Below, piece by piece: positions 57,999-64,000 of a stretch of DNA of 64,000 bases. The stretch comes from an uncultured Chloroflexia bacterium (GTDB taxonomy: Bacteria; Chloroflexota; Limnocylindria; Limnocylindrales; CSP1-4), in the NCBI GenBank assembly GCA_963720755.1, contig CAVRGP010000013.1, positions 160,001 to 224,000 on the forward strand, given 5' to 3'. Within the stretch, counting starts at the first letter, position 1. Each line of letters opens with the position of its first letter. A program made the translations under genes and the position numbers. Under the pieces are notes generated by a model that was not told the DNA's origin, did no database searches, and saw only the letters and a list, made by a program, of their open reading frames with translations.

Positions 57999-58031
57999 GT
58001 TGACCCACCGATAAGCGTCCGTTGACATGCG
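57999..58031 (+). promoter_or_regulatory. PHO-box-like triple 11-bp repeat
   Basis: GTTGACCCACC / GATAAGCGTCC / GTTGACATGCG. Confidence 0.5.
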
Positions 58032-58108
58032 CGCCGCATCGTCGGGTCATGCCGATCGGCGTTCTCCAGCCCGGGCCCGGCCGCCGCGAGGTCATGCGGT
58101 CCGGCGAA

Positions 58109-58528
58109 ATGACGACGATCGGTATCGACACGCCGTCCGGGGACCTCCTCCCGTCGGACGGCGGATTGGGTGCTCGTCCAGCGCCGGCGCCGCACCGGGC
58201 GCTGGCGCTGGATTCCCGTCGGGTGCTTCGAACATTCCGCGACCGTCCCCGCGACGTCGGTCCTTGGGGGGCACCGGCGTTCGCGCGGGAGGTCGACGCA
58301 ATCCGTCGCCACCTCGCGCCGATCGCGACTCGACGAGGATTGGCCGCGTCCTACGCGCGAGAGGCATTCACGACGATCCGCGGCGGACGTCCAGGGTGCG
58401 ACGATCCGGGGCGCGGCGATCCGGACCACGTTCGCCCGGTCCACGTCGCGTACGCGGTCCGCTGGCTCGAACTCGGTGACGGTGTCGCCCGTCCGGCATG
58501 GTCAGGATCAACCGCCGCATTCGTCTGA
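58109..58528 (+). CDS. Hypothetical protein (start uncertain)
   Basis: Fills the gap between the regulator and proS; helical-looking core FAREVDAIRRHLAPI...VAYAVRWLELG. Confidence 0.55.
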   Translation: MTTIGIDTPSGDLLPSDGGLGARPAPAPHRALALDSRRVLRTFRDRPRDVGPWGAPAFAREVDAIRRHLAPIATRRGLAASYAREAFTTIRGGRPGCDDPGRGDPDHVRPVHVAYAVRWLELGDGVARPAWSGSTAAFV

Positions 58529-58563
58529 TACGCCCGAGGCGTCGAGCCCGCTATCCTTCGCGG

Positions 58564-60270
58564 ATGCGTCTGTCCAAACTGTTCTTCGCCACGCTCCGCG
58601 ACGATCCCGCCGATGCCGAGATGCCGTCGCACCGACTGCTCGTCCGGGCGGGCTACGTCCGCCAGCTCGGATCCGGGATCTATTCCCTGCTGCCGCTCGG
58701 CAAGCGGGTCAACGACCGCGTCGAGCAGATCATCCGCGAGGAGCAGGAGCGGATCGGCGGGCAGGAGCTGGAGATGCCGGTCGTCCACCCCGCCGACATC
58801 TGGCGGGCGAGTGGCCGGTACCAGGCGATCGGCCCGGAGCTGACCCGGTTCAAGGACCGCAACGGCCGGGACATGGTCCTGGCGATGACCCATGAGGAGG
58901 TCGTCGGGCTGCTCCTCGGCGACATCGTCCAGTCGTATCGGCAGCTTCCCTTGCAGGTCTATCACTTCCAGACGAAGTGGCGAGACGAGCCCCGGGCCAG
59001 GGGCGGGCTCATCCGCGTCCGCGAGTTCGTCATGAAGGACGCCTACAGCGCGGACCGCGATCAGGCCGGTCTCGATGCGAGCTACGACGCCCAGTACGCG
59101 GCCTACGTCCGGACCTTCGAGCGGCTCGGGCTCGATGTCGTGGTCGTCGCATCCGACGTCGGGATCATGGGCGGCAGTCTGGCCCACGAGTTCATGGTCC
59201 TGAACCCGGCCGGGGAAGACGTGCTGGTTCTGTGCGACACCGGACACTACGCGGCCAACCGTCAGGTCGCCATCATGCCCAAGACCCCGGCACCGGGGGC
59301 GGACGGGGAGGCGCCACTCGAGCTCGAGGAGGTCGCGACGCCCGGGACCACGACGATCGCCTCACTCGCGGCCTTCCTTGGGGTGGGGAGCGAACGGACC
59401 GCCAAGGCGGCCTTCTTCGTGGCCGGCGACGGACGGCTCGTGACCGCCATCGTCCGTGGCGATTTCGAGGTCAACGAGACGAAGCTCGGCAACGCCGCGA
59501 AGGCCGTCGGCGGGATCAGGCCGGCCACGGTGGAGGAGATCCGCGCAGCCGGCATGGAGCCCGGCTACGGGTCGCCGATCGGGGCACATGACACGTTCGT
59601 CGTCGTCGACGACCTGGTCGACCGCTCCCCGAACCTGGTCGCCGGCGCGAATCGCGAGGGCTTCCACTTCAGGAACGTCAACGTCGGCCGCGATTACCGG
59701 GCCGATGTCGTCGCCGATATCACCAACGCCCAGGAGGGTGACCCCTGTCCGGTCTGTGGCCAGCCGGTCGTCCTCCGGAACGGGATCGAGGTCGGCAACA
59801 TCTTCAAGCTCGGGACGAAGTTCACCGATGCAGCCGGAGCGACGTATCTCGGTGAGGACGGCCTGTCCCATCAGATCATCATGGGCTCGTATGGCATCGG
59901 GGTCGGCCGAAGCGCGGCCTGCATCGTCGAAGCGCATCACGACGACAAGGGGATCGTCTGGCCGGCCGAGGTGGCGCCGTATGCGGCGCACCTGGTGACG
60001 ATCGGCGGGAACAAGGATCCCCGCGTGATCGAGACGGCCGAGCAGCTTCACCGGCGCTCGATCGAGCTCGACCGGGAGATCCTTTGGGATGATCGCGACG
60101 AGTCACCTGGCGTGAAGTTCACCGACGCCGAGCTGCTGGGGATGCCCTGGATCCTGACCGTGAGCCCGCGGTCGTTGGCGGCCGGTGGGGTCGAGGTCGT
60201 GGAGCGGGCGACAGGCGAACGCTCGACCCGATCGATCGAGGAAGTCGAAGCGCTGCTCACGGGCGGCTGA
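58564..60270 (+). CDS. proS: Proline--tRNA ligase with an editing insertion domain
   Basis: SHRLLVRAG, THEE, RDEPRARGGLIRVREF, GIEVGNIFKLG, MGSYGIG, DDRDESPGVKF. Confidence 0.97.
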   Translation: MRLSKLFFATLRDDPADAEMPSHRLLVRAGYVRQLGSGIYSLLPLGKRVNDRVEQIIREEQERIGGQELEMPVVHPADIWRASGRYQAIGPELTRFKDRNGRDMVLAMTHEEVVGLLLGDIVQSYRQLPLQVYHFQTKWRDEPRARGGLIRVREFVMKDAYSADRDQAGLDASYDAQYAAYVRTFERLGLDVVVVASDVGIMGGSLAHEFMVLNPAGEDVLVLCDTGHYAANRQVAIMPKTPAPGADGEAPLELEEVATPGTTTIASLAAFLGVGSERTAKAAFFVAGDGRLVTAIVRGDFEVNETKLGNAAKAVGGIRPATVEEIRAAGMEPGYGSPIGAHDTFVVVDDLVDRSPNLVAGANREGFHFRNVNVGRDYRADVVADITNAQEGDPCPVCGQPVVLRNGIEVGNIFKLGTKFTDAAGATYLGEDGLSHQIIMGSYGIGVGRSAACIVEAHHDDKGIVWPAEVAPYAAHLVTIGGNKDPRVIETAEQLHRRSIELDREILWDDRDESPGVKFTDAELLGMPWILTVSPRSLAAGGVEVVERATGERSTRSIEEVEALLTGG

Positions 60271-60339
60271 CCCTCGAAACGAGGGCACGACACCGCGTCT
60301 GGGGACCGTCGACCACGGCCGGGCCGGTAGCATGCACCC

Positions 60340-61422
60340 GTGCCACCCCGACAGAGCTTGCCCGCCGACGACCTGTACGCTCGCCTCGAGATCTCCGTGG
60401 ACGCCTCTCCCGAGGCGATCGAGATCGCCTGGCGATCGTTGTTGCGACGGCACCATCCCGACGTCGCCGGCGCGTCAGGACTGGAGCGCTCGAAGCGGAT
60501 CAACGTTGCCCATGACTGGCTGAGCGATGCCACGCTCCGCGCTCGATATGACCGGGAGCGAGGCCTGCGACGGTCGATCCGGGACACGGCCGGTCGCCAA
60601 CCCCGTCGAGGCGATCCGCCCGAGGCGCCGAGTGCGTCAGCCGCCCCGGCGCGCCGTGCTCGCCCTCGGCCGCTCGATCCGGCCGAGGCGTTGGCGCGGT
60701 ACCTCGAGCGCGTGGCCAGCCTGACCCCGGATGAGATCGACCGGCTGGCCTGCGCCGAACCGTCGCCGATCGCGTTCGGAGCGACGATCGCGCGGTTCCT
60801 GCCGCCCGACCGACTGGCCGCGCTGGAGGCGTTGTCGACCTCGATCGACGCTCGGCTCGACCCGGAAGCGGCGGCGCGCCCCGGCGTCCGGGATGCCGTC
60901 GAGGGCTATGGCACCGAACTCGTCCTCGGAGGCTTCCTCGACGACCTCCTGACCGACCCGTTCCGTGCGCGGGCCAGGGAGCGGCTGACGCGCGGTTGGG
61001 AGGCAGCCGTCGGGCAGCCGCGGTACGGCCCGAACGGGGCGGCCGTTCGTGCCCTGCTCGGCCGACTGGCGGATCTCGATGCCAGGGGCATCGGGTCGCT
61101 TGCCGCGACCGCGGCGAAGTCCGGTGCCGACGGTCGCAGCGACCCGCCGTGGCCGCCGGGCACGTCCCCCGACGATGACGAAGCGCTCCGGGTGTCGTCC
61201 GTCCTCGCCGCGCGCGACGCCGCGGCGTCGATCCCGATCGGGACCACCGACCGGGTCACCGTGGCCCACGCCCGCCGGGCAGCCGAACGACTCGCCCACC
61301 TGCTGGTCCTCCGGCATGCCTTCCCGGCGTCCACGTTCGCGACGTTGAGCCGGCCATGGCGACCGCGGTTCCTGCCCGACGACCCACCGACCCGGGTCCG
61401 GCAACGAGCGGCCCGGGACTGA
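60340..61422 (+). CDS. J-domain protein with an uncharacterised helical C-terminal region
   Basis: DLYARLEI...AWRSLLRRHHPD...INVAHDWLSD..RARYD. Confidence 0.85.
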   Translation: MPPRQSLPADDLYARLEISVDASPEAIEIAWRSLLRRHHPDVAGASGLERSKRINVAHDWLSDATLRARYDRERGLRRSIRDTAGRQPRRGDPPEAPSASAAPARRARPRPLDPAEALARYLERVASLTPDEIDRLACAEPSPIAFGATIARFLPPDRLAALEALSTSIDARLDPEAAARPGVRDAVEGYGTELVLGGFLDDLLTDPFRARARERLTRGWEAAVGQPRYGPNGAAVRALLGRLADLDARGIGSLAATAAKSGADGRSDPPWPPGTSPDDDEALRVSSVLAARDAAASIPIGTTDRVTVAHARRAAERLAHLLVLRHAFPASTFATLSRPWRPRFLPDDPPTRVRQRAARD

Positions 61423-61473
61423 CTGCGTCGGCGTCGCCGACACCGTGACGACCGGCTGTGCGATGCTCGGGCG

Positions 61474-62725
61474 GTGGATGCATGGTTCATCGTGGCTGCC
61501 GTCGCGATCGTGGCGCTCACGCTCGTGACGATCGTCGCGCGTCGCCAGCGCGGCGCGCTGGACGGGATCCGGCGTGCGCTCGAGATCGGGTCCGAACGCG
61601 ACCCGGTCGCCGTCATCGCCTCGCTGCACGACCAGGTGGCCCGCGCCGAGGCCACGACCGAGGCGATGGTCGATGATCGGTCCGCCTTCGTCGATGCGAT
61701 GGCCCAGGGCGTCCTGTTCGTCGACGACCAGCTCCGGATCGTCTGGGCGAACGCGGCGGCGCACGAGCTCCTTGGCCGGACCGGCGCGTCGCTCGCCGGC
61801 CATTCGGTCATCGAGGCGTTCCTCGACACCGGGGTGGAGGACCTCGCCCGCCTGGCGCTGTCGACCGGGTCCGCGACCGGCGAGATCGCCGTGGCCGGGG
61901 TCGATGGACCGCGCCTGCTCCTTCGAGCCCGCAAGGCGCCGTCGGGTGGCTTGTGGCTCATCCTGGACGACGTGTCCGAACTTCGCCGGCTCCAGCAGAT
62001 CCGGACCGAGTTCATCGACAACCTGTCGCACGAGCTGCGAACCCCGCTGACGACGGTCAGCCTCCTGGCCGAGACGTTGTCGCGCGAAGCGGAGGCGGCC
62101 GGGGACGCCGTCCCGGCCAGGATGCGCGACCGGATCAGCAAGATCGAGGTCGAGACCGGTCACCTCGTCCAGATGGTCAACGAGCTCCTCGACCTGTCGC
62201 GGATCGAAAGCGGTGGGGCTCTCGGGGCTGTGGACCTGCTCGATCTCGGCGACCTGGCGGTCGAGTCCAGCGAGCGCCTTCGGCTCTTCGCCGAGCGGCA
62301 GGCGGTCGATCTGGGCGTCGAGGTCGAGGAGACGATCCCACCGGTCCGGGGGGACGCCGATCGGCTCGGCCAGGTGCTGGTCAACCTCCTCCACAACGCG
62401 GTCAAGTTCAGCCCGGATGGCGGGGACGTGAGGGTGACGGTGCGGACCGACGACGCTGCCGTCATCGTGGCGGTGGCCGATCACGGCGTGGGCATCCCGC
62501 GAGCCGCGCAGGGCCGGATCTTCGAGCGCTTCTACAAGGTCGACCGCGCGCGCGTCCGGGGGGAGACGGGCGGGACCGGCCTCGGCCTCGCCATCTCCCG
62601 TCACATCGTGGAGCAACATGGTGGCCGGATCTGGGTCGAATTCGACGGAGGGCGCCGGGAGCACCTTCTCGTTCTCGATCCCGGTCGCTGTTGCGGCCGC
62701 GCTGCCACGCACCGAGGGATCGTGA
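61474..62725 (+). CDS. Sensor histidine kinase with PAS domain (PhoR/SenX3-like); +1 T at 62641-62642 makes it read through into the next gene
   Basis: N-terminal TM, PAS, SHELRTPL, NLLHNAVKF, DHGVGI, FERFYKVD, GTGLGLAI; deleting one T restores WVESTEGAGSTFSFSIP...* ending at TGA 62723-62725. Confidence 0.9.
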
Positions 62726-63471
62726 TGGATCGACTGCACGTCGCCACGCTCAATATCCGGAACCTGGCCGATCGCTGGTTCGAGCGGCTGCCGCTCCTGC
62801 TCGCCGACATGGCCGCGCTGCAACCCGATCTCCTCGGACTGCAGGAGGTCGTCTACGTCATGCAGCAGGACCGGCTGATCGGCGCCGCCGGGGAGGGCCA
62901 CTACGGAATCGTCCGCGGCTGGGCCGGGCGACCGGAATATGGGAACAGCCTGCTCGTCCGCGAGCCGCTCGTCGCCGTCGGTGCCGATCGCCTCGACCTT
63001 GGCCTGCAGCGATCGGCCCAATCGAGCGTTGTGACGATGCCCGGCGGAGCTCGTGTCCAGGTCGTGGTGACCCACCTGCATCATCTCGTCCCCGACGCGT
63101 CCGCGCGTGATGACCAGGCGGCGGCCATCCTCGGCTGGCTCGACGATCGCCCGGACCGTGACGCGACGATCGTGATGGGCGACTTCAACGCCCACCCGTC
63201 TGAACCCGCGCCCGATCGGCTCAGGGCGGCCGGCTTCCGGTCCGCCTTCGCCGTCGCGAACGGTTCGGAACCCGCGGTCACCTGGCCGTCGGGTCTGCAG
63301 GCGCCGGCGATGGACACGGACGGCGACCCGGCCTGCCTCGACTACATCTGGGTCCGGGGCGCGGTCACGGTCGAGTCGGCACGGCTCATCTTCGATCGGC
63401 CGGATCCGACGGATCCCACGCTGTACGCCAGCGATCACCTGGGCATCGCCACGATGCTCCAGATCGGGTAG
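62725..63471 (+). CDS. Endonuclease/exonuclease/phosphatase (EEP) family protein
   Basis: ATLNI, GLQEV, THL, GDFNA, LDYIW, SDH; TGATG coupling with the corrected kinase stop. Confidence 0.9.
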   Translation: MDRLHVATLNIRNLADRWFERLPLLLADMAALQPDLLGLQEVVYVMQQDRLIGAAGEGHYGIVRGWAGRPEYGNSLLVREPLVAVGADRLDLGLQRSAQSSVVTMPGGARVQVVVTHLHHLVPDASARDDQAAAILGWLDDRPDRDATIVMGDFNAHPSEPAPDRLRAAGFRSAFAVANGSEPAVTWPSGLQAPAMDTDGDPACLDYIWVRGAVTVESARLIFDRPDPTDPTLYASDHLGIATMLQIG

Positions 63472-63479
63472 GCGAGCGG

Positions 63480-64000
63480 ATGGCCCCATCGACGGCCCTT
63501 CGCCTCGCCCACCGCGGCGACTGGCGAGACGCCCGTGAGAACACGATCCCGGCCTTCGCCGCGGCGTTGGCGATCCAGGCCTGCGATGGGCTGGAGTTCG
63601 ATGTCCGGACCTCGAGCGACGGCGTCCCGGTGATCTACCACGATGACACGCTCGCACGCGTGCATGGCCGGCCGGACCGGGTCGACAGTCTTCCGGCAAG
63701 CGCGCTCCAGGCGATCGGCGTGCCGACCCTCTGGGAAGCCCTGACGGCGGTCGGCCGAAAGGCATTCCTCGATGTTGAGTTGAAGTCGGTCATCGGTCCG
63801 GCCTTCGTGGAAGTGATGGCGGCTGGACGTGGCCCGGGCCTGGAGCGCGCGGTCGTCTCGTCGTACGACCCGACCGCGCTCGACCGGGTCGGTCATCTCG
63901 CTCCGAACTGGCCCCGCTGGTTCATCGCCGATCGGCTCGACGATGACGCGATCGTGACCGCCTCCCGGCTCGGCTGCCGCGCCGTCGCGGCCGGCTGGCG
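63480..64000 (+). CDS. Glycerophosphodiester phosphodiesterase (GDPD), truncated by the window end
   Basis: My translation: MAPSTALRLAHRGDWRDARENTIPAF...GLEFDVRTSSDGVPVIYHDDTL...DVELK. Confidence 0.9.
   Translation, partial: MAPSTALRLAHRGDWRDARENTIPAFAAALAIQACDGLEFDVRTSSDGVPVIYHDDTLARVHGRPDRVDSLPASALQAIGVPTLWEALTAVGRKAFLDVELKSVIGPAFVEVMAAGRGPGLERAVVSSYDPTALDRVGHLAPNWPRWFIADRLDDDAIVTASRLGCRAVAAGW

Noticed and set aside
61474-63471. 665-aa histidine kinase-EEP fusion as a novel chimeric sensor
   Set aside because: Removing one T at 62641 restores the canonical kinase ending and a TGATG stop/start overlap, so two separate genes is far more parsimonious.
60637-63765. 1042-aa minus-strand ORF, and similar long antisense ORFs (13070-14482, 24559-26352, 32049-34055, 54448-56199)
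   Set aside because: They mirror well-supported genes on the opposite strand and have no recognisable domains.

Overview
A gene-dense, very GC-rich (about 70% by eye) bacterial chromosomal window of roughly 55 CDS. I found no rRNA, tRNA, CRISPR array, transposase, integrase or prophage. The gene repertoire (RND permease without a neighbouring MFP/OMF, F420-type LLM oxidoreductase, nifJ plus a DHOD-like gene, DtxR regulator) suggests a monoderm-like Chloroflexota or actinobacterial-type organism; this is an inference. Main blocks in order: OsmC/CAP; MarR-RND-double AI-2E; a membrane-lipid block (DUF6325, SHOCT, phospholipase D, holin-phosphodiesterase fusion, DUF1269); sufB-sufD-Rieske with a Rrf2/IscR-like operator; VIT1 iron protein; lgt and acyltransferase; reverse transsulfuration (CBS-GNAT-CGL); pckA-mdh; a split reductive pyrimidine catabolism cluster (LLM oxidoreductase, hydA, ureidopropionase-type nitrilase, class III aminotransferase, mmsA, NMT1-type ABC transporter) with no PreT/PreA in the window; a DAG-kinase/Vps62-NPP1-like operon; nifJ; upp; asparaginase; two unusual J-domain proteins; gltX; proS; and a PhoP/PhoR-like pair (each carrying a +1 indel) with EEP and GDPD phosphoesterases. 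The best candidates for undescribed systems are the F420-LLM pyrimidine route, the lipid-kinase/Vps62-NPP1-like operon and the holin-phosphodiesterase/PLD module. Widespread leaderless promoter architecture and 11-bp-periodic operator repeats are also visible. All family assignments come from motif recognition by eye, not database searches.
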